From Octopus sinensis (Eukaryota): DNA of 64,000 nucleotides. Under the pieces are notes generated by a model. It did no database searches. It had not been told where the DNA came from and saw nothing but the letters and a program-made list of their open reading frames with translations. Below, piece by piece: positions 25,001-37,482 of this stretch (the first letter of the stretch is position 1; every line of letters begins with the position of its first letter). The position numbers were made by a program, and so were the translations under genes. The DNA lies in NCBI RefSeq assembly GCF_006345805.1, contig NC_043014.1, forward strand, positions 27,528,001 through 27,592,000, in the 5' to 3' direction.

Positions 25001-28000
25001 AAAATAAGTACCAGATGTGGGGGATGTGATTGGCTTACCCCCTTCCCAGAAATTGCTGGCCTTGTGCCAAAATTTGAAATCAATATTGAAAGTGATTCTT
25101 AACTCCAAAAACAAGAGAAAAACTAATACCAGTATATTCTTTCTCTCCTCTTCACACACACATACATTCATCCACATCCAGTTTGCATTTAGAGCTGGTT
25201 CAATATAACCTCTTCAGTTGGTTCTGTATATTTTCCACTAATTCTGTAAAAAAAATTTTTTATGTTGTAACTATAGGACATGAAATGCTGTCTTATTCAA
25301 AACACACATAGAAAAAGAGAGGGTTGATTTGAGTTGGTACTGAAAATAGAGAGTCTTTCTGAGATCAAATTGTGCTGGGGTCAACTTGTCTTTCCAACCT
25401 CTCCTATTGAGTATGAGAGTAACACAAGAATTAGTTATCAGATGTCAAAGATGTTGACTCTATTACTGGCCTTCTATATTTCTGAATATTTTATATCAGT
25501 ATACCAAAGTAAACAACAAAAACAACTATAGAAGGAAAAATAACATAATATGATTAATTTTATATATATATATCATAAATTGTTTTGAAATAAGATTTAC
25601 CATAGCATATATCTCAGACATTTCTTAATTTCTATTGACAGAAAATTGTTATGCATATATGTGTGTGTGTGTGTATATACTCTTCCTGTATATATTGGAT
25701 TATACATGAATTTAAATTTATATATATATAGGTGCATATATATTTTTCTGCTATTGTGAGTGTGTGGGTGAAAGACAGCCTTTATAACTAACAGTATTAC
25801 TAGTGCCAAAGGAAGAATATAGTTGTCAGTACATTAACACCTGCATACTTGTAGCTGCAAAAAGGGTGTTAGTGGTGATTGTAATATATTTTTACACATT
25901 TTTTTTTAATATTTTATTACTATTGTTGTTATTATAGTTTTGTCAATAAATTGATGAAAGTTTGCTAGTAAAAAATTAACATATGCACACATGTACTCTT
26001 TTATTGCAAGAACTAAAACTAGATCTATTGTATACCTCACACAAACAAATATCTTGGGAAATGAATGAATGAAAATGCATGAATGTCACATCTTCCAAAT
26101 TTCAGCTCTGGTATCTCTTTTATGTATAAAATATATTTATTTCTCTTGTTATTCATTATATTGAGAATCCTCTTTGGGTATATATGAACATCACAACTTC
26201 AAATATTTTAAACTTTTCCATAAAAATTATAACTTGAAGCCTCGTGGCCTTTCAATTTTTAAAATTATTGATTAAAACTAATAAGTACTAGTAATAGATG
26301 CCCCCTCCCCCCTCTATTATACTCCTGTCTTTGTTCCATGTGAAAAAACAAAATAAGTAATTATTACTTTTATTTATTATTATTATTATTGATAAAATTA
26401 ATAAATACAGTTTTAGATTTGATAAAGTTTATTTCCTCTATGAAAAAGTTTTTTTTTTTAAACATTTGCAGTTCCAGACAGAATAAATGCATTTTTATAT
26501 TTGATTGCATTTTTTTTTAGTTATTTCAAGCTGAAAGAGAGCTTAAGTTTTAAACCTTAATGCTTCATACCTTGTTTTTCCTTTTCCTCTGACTTGAATT
26601 TTGAAAAGTTGTCAGTCTCATAGAACTTCTTATGTACATACAGTGTTGGAGTTACATGATATAGCAACAGCAGTTACAAAGTATTTATTACTTTCTTAGT
26701 CAATGGCCATAATCCTGGGCTGGTCTATTGGCATTGAGTTTTGCTTTTTACACTAGTTTTAGTCTTTTAGATATACATAACTGCTGCAAATGCAGATGGC
26801 TGAGTAGCAACCAGCTGCGAGGTCAACAGTTTCTATCTTGTCATCAGCCTTGCATTATGTCTTTGACTAAGCTATTTTTGTCTCAAATGTTCCAGTCTGT
26901 AAATAGATGACACAAACTAAGAATAGTTTGTTACTCCAAGCAGCATCAATACAGTAAACTAACATGATTTATTCTCACAAGAGTTGTAAGAACACTTACA
27001 GTATTTTGTTGTTCCTCCGGTGATTATAATTTAAGGAGGGAAGATGGGCCTCATGAGGCCCCACTTAAGATAGACTTCATATAACACTTCAACAACACAG
27101 CCACAGCTGGTCCAAATATTCCACATATTTTGCATCCAAACCAGCTAGATCTGGCCTCCCACACCTACTCTACAATGTCATTCAAAACAAAATAAACCAT
27201 CACATCATTGAAATCTCAGAGCTATAGGACAATACATGATTAATTCAAAACGATGTGTGTAAATAAGCATTATATTTGACAGAGTAGTCTGAATGCCAAA
27301 GGGTTAAGTGCCATATCACACAAACCCTCATTCTATTACCTTCACATCTTTTCTACTGCCTTATTTAATTCTAGAATTCTAATATCTTTTAAATCATTCC
27401 CTGCGGACAAAATGTGTTTTTATCTGCTGGTTAGAGTACTTCTTTTCCATGGCTGTTCACTATTTACTTTTTCCTCATTAACACACATGCATCCCTATGT
27501 TCGGTCTATTAGAGAAAACTAACCTGTCTTCCTTCCTCATTAAAAGTGGTTGGTCTCAATAAGGTTAATGATAAGTGTTTCAATAATGATGAAAAATTAT
27601 TGGCAGAAGATACAATAAAAAGTTTCTGTCTAAAGCAATTTACCCCATTTAACTGTTACTACATATCAAATATGTTAGCCACTTACATATGGATGGATTG
27701 ATTATCCTCAGCACACGTTTTTTGTTTTCCATTTTTTCTTGCAAAGATTTTCTGCTGGGAAGGAGAGATATCTTTACATTTTCTAAAAAGAAGTTCTTAA
27801 AACATGCCATGGATAAGATAAACCCTGCCACCAGCCACTCACTCCCCAAAAGAAACTGACCATTTTTCTCAACCATTGAGTTTGGTGTTTATACAGGTGC
27901 TTAGATGAAAGTAAAAATATAATTTATTTAAATCTTATCTGCTCAGAATGCATCTTCATTGATGACATAAGCTACCTGCAATTACTGCTTGATCTTTTCA

Positions 28001-28330
28001 TTTTAAATGCTGAATCTCATGAACTTGAGTTTATATCATATCTTTGCCATACTTTATGCCATACAAATCAACAAGCTCTGGGTTTCCTTTTTTCCAATTC
28101 AGTTTTAATTATCTACAGAATATTTTCTTCATTTTTGTTATGTCTAGAGTGGCAGAATTATAAGAGTAGATAAGGCATTGCAGTATTTTCTTCTATCAAA
28201 TATCACCATGATTAACTTCACTTTTCATACTCATGCTTTGATAAAATAAAATACAAATCAAATATTGGAATCAATTAAATTGACTATTCTCCTCTTCCAA
28301 AATCTTAAGCATTATATCTATGCTAAAAAT

Positions 28331-28342
28331 TACTACTACTAC

Positions 28343-28380
<38 letters not shown>
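28331..28380. repeat. (TAC)n(TAT)n microsatellite
   Basis: Read directly. Confidence 0.95.
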
Positions 28381-28384
<4 letters not shown>

Positions 28385-30794
28385 AGGCAGCGAACTGGCA
28401 GAGTCATCAGCATAAAGTGAGTTGATCAACATATAAAGCCTCACACAAATAAATACATTGCAGTATTAAGTTGTGCTCACCTAAATTCTGACTTCATCTC
28501 TCACTGAGATTAAGTTTTCCTGTTATTTCATAGTCAATAAAATATCAGTAAATACTGGAGCGAGTTCAGTTATGGCTCCACCATTGGAAATATTAGTCTT
28601 GTTTGTTAATATTAAAAATGGCTACACAGCAAGCCTCCTATGATCAAAGGTATTCTAGCCATGACCATCCCATTTTTTTCTTTCAAAACCTCTGTGCATA
28701 TAAGACCACAATATCCAATGCATCTTTTATTTATTTATTTTTTTTATTATTAAGATGACATGGTGTAATTTGAGGGAGATTGGGGTACTATTTATAGAAG
28801 GTCAAGTGGTTCTTTCATTGACTTGGAAATATGTTTGTATAAGAAAAGTGTTGTAACATGGATTGTAGCCATGTTGCGACTGAAACAAATAAAAGGGTGC
28901 CAAAGTCCTACCCCTTTCTGTGTTTCAAATAAGGCAAGCAAACGGCATACATTACAAAGCCTGTTAATTTACAGATTGGATTGGTTAATATCCGTTATGC
29001 ATTGTCTTTCTGCCCTAGAAAGATATATTTTTTGTTGTATTTTCAGCATGTTAGGAAGAAGATATAAGCAGATCCTAATAAATTCTGAAATAACAATGAA
29101 GCCTGTTGATTTGTTCCTCATCTCATATTACCAGAAAAGCCTCTCGTGAGACCTAATTTTGTAGTGTCACAAAATACATAGATATGGCTCTCTCTCTATA
29201 TATATTTTTTTAATGAAAAGTCAACTCTTTCTTGTATAAAATGAATTTGAAGTGAAACCACTTTGTTATCACCATTCCTTTCTTTATTCTCTCTTTCTCC
29301 CTTGCTTTCTGTGTCAGCTGTTGTCTTTTAGACCCTGATGGGTTTTTTTTTTTTATAAAAATAAGAGACATCTATCTGAAATGCCATGTTGATATGATAA
29401 TTGTCATAACACAATCGTTTATTGATTTTTTTTTTAAAGAAAAAAGATATTTTAAAACTATTTAAAAATCTAAGCATATGAAATACAATTTTTAACTACC
29501 CTATTTTGATATTATTAATGATGTTATCATCAGTTATTATAATTCTATCAGTAGTTTTTATTAATATTTTCTATTTTCACTGAATTTTTGCCTCGGGTAA
29601 ATCTAAGCGTATATTATTTATCATTTCTTATTTAATAATAATCCACTGTGTAAGGTGTGTATTTGGCTCATATGTGTAAATCCTGAGGGTTTTTTTTAAA
29701 AATCCTTTCCAACACAGTTATTATCTTGTCTGTTTTCAATATCAATATTCTGGGTTTAAAGTTACTGTATCAAGATAATTTCTTCAGCTCTTTTGTTGTA
29801 ATTGAAATATCGATAGGGAAAACACACTCATATTTAACATGTGCATATTTTAAATTTTATTTCACTAATCATAGTCACAGTTTTCAGTGACATGATGAAT
29901 GCCTCTGTACTAATTCTATAAAACTAACAGATTTTCCAGTACACTAAATCATTTCCCTCTGTTATGTCTGTAAATATATGCCACCAGAAACAGTGTTATT
30001 GATCATCTCTTCACATTTAATGCAAATTTACATAGATTTACAAAAATTCTCCTCATTTCCATTTTTCATTAGTGTAGTGTTTTTTATTTTAAATATATAC
30101 TTTCCTATTCTAAACTACTACTTTCCGTGTGAAATATTTAATGAGATTATTATTGGAACAACCAAAGTAATGCTGCTTATTGTTGGTGTAATTCTATTTT
30201 ATTGTGAGTGTGTGTGTATATATATACATATATATATATGAATGTGTGTGTAATCATTGTCATCTTCATGAGGTTCACCTTAGACACACACACACACACA
30301 CACACACATATATTCTAGCTCATCCTTTCCTAATAGTTCATAAATCTAATCCCAGTCTAATTTTTCTTATTACTATTTTTATTACCTTACATGTTATATG
30401 ATATTGTACGTTTACCTTTCTTCTGCGTGACCTTGGAATTTTTTTTACATAATTACTATTATTATTATTATTATGGCAGTAAATAACAGAATCTGTTAAT
30501 TTGGGTTTTCCTCTGACTCTGCTCTTCCTCCCAAAGGTGTGACCTTATTAGAAATTATGTTGTTGTTCTTCTTCTTATTATTATTATTAAGAAGAAGACA
30601 GTGAGCTGGCAGAATCATTAGCATGCTGGACAAAATGCTTAGCAGCATTTTGTCCATTTATTTTCTGAGTTTAAATTCTGCTGAGGCCATCTTTGCCTTT
30701 CATCCTTTCAGGGTTGATAAAATAAGTACAAGTTGAGCACTTACCCATTTCCCTGAAATTGCTAGCCTTACACCAAAATTTGAAACCATTGTTT

Positions 30795-31120
30795 GTTTTC
30801 AGTCATATTTGTTTGTCCATGGACAGAATAACTCAAGAAATGCTGGATGGATTTGGATGAAACTTTCAGGGATGTTTAGCCTCATGACTGGCATGAACTG
30901 ATTAGATTTTGGGATCAATCTGGTACCAGATAAGGATTCTGGATTATTTTTCCCATATTTATACTTAATTTTTGAGAGCAGTTGGATTCATTTATAGTAT
31001 TCTCACTTGTGAGAGCATTCGAATTTATTTCAGATATTCACATTTTAAAAATCATCTCTGGCTAGTCGTTGAGAGGATGTTGGTGTTGTCTTGGCAGAGA
31101 TTTGTGCTATCTGAGTGCTT
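30795..31120 (+). mobile_element. Non-autonomous Helentron/DINE-1-like element
   Basis: GTTTGTCC...ATAACTCAAGAAA...GGATTTGGATGAAACTTT...GATTAGATTTTGG and terminal GGCAGAGATTTGTGCTATCTGAGTGC resemble HINE/DINE-1-type elements (from memory). Confidence 0.45.
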
Positions 31121-32101
31121 TTGTTATTATCATTGGGCTTAGTGCTGACTCAATCCTACATATTTTATTTAATTCTAATTTGGGCCTTTTGTTTTCATTT
31201 AGTCAAATGAATTGACCCTTGTACTTTTCTTTTTTTAAAGTCTGGTACTTATTCTAGCTATCTTTTGCCAAACTGCGAAGTTATGAGAATGCAATCACAT
31301 CAACACCAGTTGTCAAGTGGTAGTGGGACACACACACACACATTTAAGATGGGCTTCCAGTTTCTGTATACAAGATCCACTGACAAGACATTTCCCCAAG
31401 GTCCTGCACAGTGGAACTGAACCCAAAACCATGTGGTTGGGAAGCAAGCTTCTTACCACACAGCCACGTCTGCACCTACTGTATTAAACATTTTATAGCA
31501 GACTTAACTTTTGAAATTACAGAGGCTAAGCCTATCTTATTGAGACTACTGGGTAGAAGTAAAAATATCAGGCTCCCATGTGCTTAGGCACATGATAGGT
31601 TGAGGTAGTTGATATCACTCCTCACGCACACACTGTCTTTCATCCAACAGAGTAAAAGCTATCTGTCTGCTGGTGGGGCTGACTGCGGCTAATGTTTTTC
31701 ATACCAACCCAACCGAGTCCACCACCTCTTGGTATGTGATACAAAATTTCATATTAATTTATACTCATATAATGAAGTTATTTGATATATATTCTTCATT
31801 ATTTTAAAGATTAACAGAAAAAAAGACAGTATTTCAGCAGAAATACAAAAGTTAAAGGAAAACTTGATGGGGGGAATTAACACACATTTCAATGTTTTTA
31901 CCAAAAATATAGAGAAAGTGAACCCAAAGACATTGATAGTGATGCAAGTCTTAATAATCATGGTAATAATAACATGTTCTGTGTTGCAGCTGCTGAATTT
32001 TCTTTTCTTAACTGCCCTATCCTCCGTCAAATCATTGAGGTTTTGATTTAGCTATGATTAGCACTCACTATTCTCTTCAAGTTAACACATTAAAATAATA
32101 T

Positions 32102-32132
<31 letters not shown>

Positions 32133-32162
32133 TTTAAATACATATATATATATATATATATA

Positions 32163-32598
32163 TCAGGTCATCTCATAAGTTCTGTCCAAATTTTGAATAA
32201 AGAAAACAAGTGATCAAATGTTATATTTAATTGAAATTTAATCATCAATGTATTTTCCCTGATGATCTATATCTTCCTTCCATCTAATTACAAGCTTTTT
32301 AATCCCATCAATGTAAAACTCTTTTGATTTCAAAATCAAAGAACTCTGAAATGTCAGTTTCGACCTCCTCCTGGCTTGCAAAAGTTAGGTCCCCCAAATG
32401 ATTCTGTAAACTATGGAGCAAGGTCAGGAGAATAAGGTGGATGAGGAATTTTTTCCTAACCAAGCTCTTCAATCTTCTATGATGTGATCTTTGCAGTGTG
32501 GGGTCATGCATTGTCCTGGTGAAACATCACTCCCTTTCGATTCACTAGAGTGGATCTTTTTTTTCTTCAAAGCTTGGTTCAGACTCTCTAATTGCTGA
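32163..32598 (-). mobile_element. mariner (DD34D) transposon 3' fragment
   Basis: Minus strand gives RKGVMFHQDNA..H...IPHP...LQNHL.DLTFASQEEVETDISEFFD with stops. TIR-like TCAGGTCATCTCATAAG next to the TA repeat at 32161. Confidence 0.75.
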
Positions 32599-33325
32599 CA
32601 GGGTGCGATGGGTAAATTGTCACCGTTTTATATTTTTTATTTTGCACATGCGCATTGTTTGTTTTTGATTTTGTCGACTACTTAGTATAGTTGGATCAGT
32701 TGGGCACCACCTGTGAGAAAAACAGCATCATGAACAATTCACTCTGCCAGAAATTTGGAAAACGACATGCTGTACGTGCCAGAAGCTCCAATACAAACAG
32801 ATGTAAATGCAGCAAATAACCATTGGTTTGCCACGTCCTCAAAACATGTACCAAGAGTGATACAAATCAAACATCCAGTCAACATCATGGTGTTTGGAGT
32901 GATGGCAACGTTATGCCTCCATTCATCTTCCCACACGGCCTCAGACTTAACATGGAGGCCAACATCAAGTGCCTGGAGGAGGTAATGCTGCCCTGGGACA
33001 AGAGGGTGGCTGCTGGAAGACCCTATGTCTGGCAACAGGATTCTGCACCATGCCACACAAGAAAAAGAACCTAGTCATGGCTGTCAGACATTTTCTGTGA
33101 CCACATCACCCCTATCTTGATTATTATGTGTGGGACACAGTTGAGTAAGAGACCAACAAAACTTCTTGTAACATCAAAGATGAACTGAAAGCAAAGATTA
33201 TGGTAGTATCAACCAACTTAAACAACAAAACCATCCAGAAGAGTTGCAAGAGATTCCAAAGTCGTCTGAAGCCAATGGCAATTTTATTGAATAAATTTAC
33301 TCTTTAGTATTTCAAGATATAATGT
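32599..33325 (+). mobile_element. Tc1/mariner maT-like (DD37D) transposon, internally deleted
   Basis: Starts CAGGGTG (TIR). Frameshifted transposase: KHPVNIMVFGV / VMPPFIFPHGLRLN..ANIKCLEEV / RPYVWQQDSAPCH / DYYVW. The DD37D spacing cannot be confirmed because of the deletion. Confidence 0.75.
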
Positions 33326-33730
33326 AATTTCTTGGTTCGGCCATTGTCCGTGCAACATCTATATTCTTTCCTGTGCCTGTGAAATCTTGTATCCCTGCCA
33401 TAAGGCTTTACTTCCACACACGCCAGCTTAATTTAATTCGTCCTTAGTCGAAAGACACCTGTTGTTATGTCCTGTTATTTGTATACATTCGCTGCTTTCT
33501 TCCAATGAATCGAATGCTCTTAGCTTAGTTTTCCTTGGGGCTGGCCAGATCGGAGCAATCTCGATTATAACCAGCCGAAATTGCAAAGATAATCTGGAAC
33601 TCGACTGAGGAAAGAAAACTCCGAATGACCCATCCTTGTTTTCTTTGTATCCTCTATCTACATATTTTGTTGTCCCTTTCTTATATCACCTATCTGTCTG
33701 GATGTTTTGCGTTTTTGTCTCATTTTGTAT
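33325..33730. repeat. Dispersed repeat, probably a Penelope-associated terminal repeat
   Basis: CpG-containing segment unlike its surroundings (CCAGCCGAAATTGCAAAGATAATCTGGAACTCGACTGAGG...). Family assignment is from memory and tentative. Confidence 0.35.
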
Positions 33731-33802
33731 TTTTTATATATATATATATATATATGCATACACACACACATAAATATATATATATATATATATATACATA
33801 TA

Positions 33803-34275
33803 GGAGAGAAATGTGTCTGCACGGATGATGGTTCTCTTGCACTAAACAAGGCTGCAAAGAGAGAGGTTTGGAGACGCCACTATGAAAGGTTGCTCATTAA
33901 CGAAAATGAATGGGAGAAAGAGAGTGCTGAATGTCGACCCAACAGAGGGACCAGCTATCTGAGTTGACAGTACAAGTAGTTGATAGTTTCCATTACCTAG
34001 GTGACCAAGTCAATAGCAGGGAAGAGTGTGCTGAAAGTGTAGCAGCTAGAATAAGAATAGCCTGGGCAAAGTTCAGAGAGCTCCTACCCCTGCTGGTGAC
34101 AAAAGGCCTCTCACTCAGAGTAAAAGGTAGACTCTATGATGCATGTGTGCAAACTGGTGAGGACATGCGTAAGCTTTGCAAGGAATGAAGTCAGTATGCT
34201 CCACTAGATGAGTAATGTCAGTGTGCATACACAACAGAGTGTAAGTGCCCTGAGAGAAAAGTTGAATTTGAAAGA
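33803..34275 (+). mobile_element. RTE LINE, internally deleted fragment
   Basis: AKREVWRRHYERLLINENEWEKE joined to VVDSFHYLGDQV...ARIRIAWAKFRELLPLLVTKGLSLRVKGRLYDACV, so the RT core is missing between the two blocks. Confidence 0.8.
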
Positions 34276-34277
34276 GA

Positions 34278-35290
34278 TCAAAAGAGGTGGAAATCAGTTG
34301 GTGCCAAATCAGGAGAGTACAGTGGGTGTGGCAGCACTTCCCAGCCATATGTTTGAATGGCTTCCTTGATCATATTGGTGATATGAGGGCGAGTGTTGTC
34401 ATGCAGCAGAAGAACTCAATGCTGCCGATTAAGTCTTTTCTCTTGGTTAGCCGTGTTGAGTTGTTCAGTCTGCTGAACATAGAGTTCCACGTTGACTGTT
34501 TGGTTCCGTTCAAGCAATTTGTAATGGATAATCCTTTCCCACTCCCACCATACGCATAACATTATTTTACACGGATGAAGATCTTGTTTCATGCACAGTG
34601 TTGCTTGTTTACCAGGACTAAGCCATCATATTGATGTACAGGCACCATTTTTCGTCGCCTGTAATGATTTGGTAAAGAAATTGTTGCTTGTGTCCATGAG
34701 TTGAGCGGTGACGAGCAAGCAAACCAGCAGTGATTGTGGCTCATTGATTTTTGTTGTTGTCACTTAAAGCATGTGGAACCCATGCTCCATACTTCTGAAT
34801 CTTTTCCATTGAGTGAAGTTGCTTCTCCATAGCAGTGTGGGAGCATTCCATTTTCTTTGCCAGTTCCCTTGTCGTTTGACAAGAATTTTCATGCAAAAGT
34901 TGGTTTAATCGCTCTTCATTTAACTCAGCTGGATGGGCAGAACGTGGTGCATCTTTGATGTCAAAATTTCCATTCTTAAACTTGGCATACCAATCATGAG
35001 CAGTTCTTTCACCTATGGCACCCTCTCCATGCACAGCACAAATCCCACAAGCAGCTTTTGTGGCCTTAGAACCTTGATTAAAAGCAAAAAGAAGGTGTCA
35101 AAAATGCTCGTTTTTCTTAACTTGACATTCCATTTTAATGATCTAAAAATTAACTAGAAAAAAAAACAAAAACAAAATAGATTCCAAAATGATTCAAAAA
35201 TAGAATTCTCGAAAAAGTAGATTCCAAAATTTAAAAACGCAATAAATTCGAAAATTAAAAAAAACAGTGGGAACTTAGATGCCAACCCAA
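34278..35290 (-). mobile_element. mariner (DD34D) transposon, decayed
   Basis: HTH region WYAKFKNGNFDIKDAPRS...WVPHALS, HPLYSPDLAPTDFHL at about 34285-34330, and a TIR (reverse complement TTGGGTTGGCATCTAAGTTC) with TA at 35291. Confidence 0.85.
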
Positions 35291-35819
35291 TATTATAAAA
35301 GCCTTGAACTGGCAGAATTGTTAAAGCTTCAAACAAAATATCTTGCATTTGTTCTAACTTGGAATCCTGCTGTGATCAACTTTTCCTTTCATCTTTCTGC
35401 TGTTGGTAAATTACCAGTCAAATAATAAAGTGGATATCATTAACTGTTCCTTGATCCCAGATTTCTAGTCTTGTGCCTCTGTTAGAAATTATTATTGATC
35501 CCATCATTATCAACTTTGCCTTTTATTCCACTAAAGTCAATAAAATAAATGCCAGTCACAAGCTTGAATCCATTGTACCAACTGTACAAATATGTGTGAT
35601 ATATTGAGAGTGGATTCAAGTTAGCAGCTCCTCTGCTTTAAATTTGTAGCCTTGTACCCAATACTAAAACCATAATCATTATGGATTGATTGAATGTTAT
35701 ACAAAATATCCTTCAGTATTTAGTTAAGGCTTAAAAGAACTGAGTTTAATCCTGACTAAGTTAACTTTGTTCCCATCATTATGAAGGCAATAAAATAAAG
35801 TGTCAATTAAGTATGGTTT

Positions 35820-35990
35820 ATTCTATCTCTATATTATAATTCTGAAATGCAAAAAGTTTGTTTGTCTGGTTTTGACATTAGAACAGGTTAAAGGCTACTA
35901 GATCCCGTCGGATTGACTCCAAAATTTACAGGGACATGTAAAATGAGGTGAGGATGCAAGTGGGCTAGGTTAGAAATCCCCATCTTAAAA
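35820..35990 (+). mobile_element. Helitron-like non-autonomous element 5' fragment
   Basis: TCTATCTCTATATTATAA...GTTTGTTTGTC start pattern typical of non-autonomous Helitrons. Confidence 0.4.
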
Positions 35991-37066
35991 GGTGTCGTTG
36001 CTAGGGCCAAATACCTTACAGTATTTAGTTTTATCCCTCAGCTTTCCAAGTCAAAACATCTGTGGAGTCTCTTCTATCAAAAAATACAGGCCTGTGGCCT
36101 TGTGCCAATGTGAGAGGTCTCTTAGATTGTAAGATTGTATATATAATTTGTATTATAAACACAAGAGTATAATATGAAAGAGATAAACTCCTCCTCAGTG
36201 AAGTAATTTTGCAATTTCATTTCCCAGTTGAACCCAATTCTCTTACACTGCTAATGCCATTATCAAAAGCATGAACATCACAGAATTTCATTTGCTTTCC
36301 TTTATGAATTTGTGGTCCATTTTATGCCTAGATAAAAGATATATATTATTGAGGCATCTGCCATTTTAAAGTAGAAATTAATACAAGGAGAAATTTCAAG
36401 ATTCTCTTATTTGTAGTAAGGCGACCTTTTCTCTCTACTTTTAAAACTTATAAATATTCCTGAAGTAATAATCATTTATTTTTTACTTATCCTGTTATTT
36501 TTGTAAAAGTAAAAATTAAAGGGGTTGGTGAATAAATGTTAATGAAGGGAACATTTACAGGTGGTTTTATACATGCGTACATATTTGTTAAATCCTGTCA
36601 ACTTGTAAATAATTCAGTTTTTCTATCACTTTAGATATGAAGCCTGTTTCAGAAACAATTATTATTATTATCATTAAAGCTTGTAGAGTGTCAAGCTAAA
36701 AGACCTTACAGTATTTAGTTTCTTCTGTCTGTTTGCCCTGTGTTGAAATCTCCTCAGGGTTAAATTTTGTTTCTTAATCCTTCGCATAAGCACCAATTTC
36801 ATAGTGGGAGTTGATTCTTCCTGCGAATTTGTGACTTTATGCTAATGTAAGAAATCATTTGTATGAAAGACAGCAGAGTACCAGGCTAAATGCTTCACAA
36901 CATTTATTTCTGACCTCTATATCTGGTCCAAATTCTGCTAGGCTTCATTTTGCCTTTTGTCCATTCAGGAACACTAAAATAAATACCAATCAGATACTGA
37001 AGTCATTTCTATTGACCATGTCCTTCCCTACAAACCAATTGTAAAGAAATTATTATTCAACAGATG

Positions 37067-37102
37067 CATATATATATATACATACATACACACACACAAA
37101 CA

Positions 37103-37136
<34 letters not shown>
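37067..37136. repeat. Compound (TA)n/(CA)n microsatellite
   Basis: Read directly. Other (CA)n tracts near 7325, 8195, 19497 and 30285. Confidence 0.9.
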
Positions 37137-37139
<3 letters not shown>

Positions 37140-37482
37140 TTATTAGTTATACTCTATATTCCAAAATTTCAGTTAATGTTTTAAAGAAATTTCTAGCCTT
37201 ATTTATGGAGATGAATCTTTAAAAGTTTTTTAATTAATAAAGATTTATCTCCCCTCCCGTGTGTATCTAAAATTGTAAACAGATTCCTGAATCAAGTTAC
37301 TTTTATATGTGTGTGTATATATATCTCAAAGATTATTAAACATTCTTTTACTAATTATTATTTGTCATTTTGTTTGGATTACTTTGTTGTTGTTTTTTCT
37401 ACTTGAGTAGTTTTTGTTCTTGCAGAATTAAATTTTTTTCAGGTTCATAGTCACTCATACTACTGTGTATTAATGACTATAT

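Noticed and set aside
27747-27859. Possible alternative terminal BBX exon (DFLLGRRDIFTFSKKKFLKHAMDKINP...)
   Set aside because: Phase-compatible, but it has a weak AAG acceptor, is only 37 codons long and shows no recognisable homology; expected by chance.
31749-32046. Opposing ORFs of 93 aa and 60 aa (MTEDRAVKKRKF...)
   Set aside because: AT-rich hydrophobic composition typical of random ORFs; no splice or family evidence.
33605-33626. Third hammerhead-like core CTGAGGA-A-AGA-AAAC-TCC-GAAT
   Set aside because: Stem II has only 2 bp, GAAA reads GAAT, and I could not find stems I and III.
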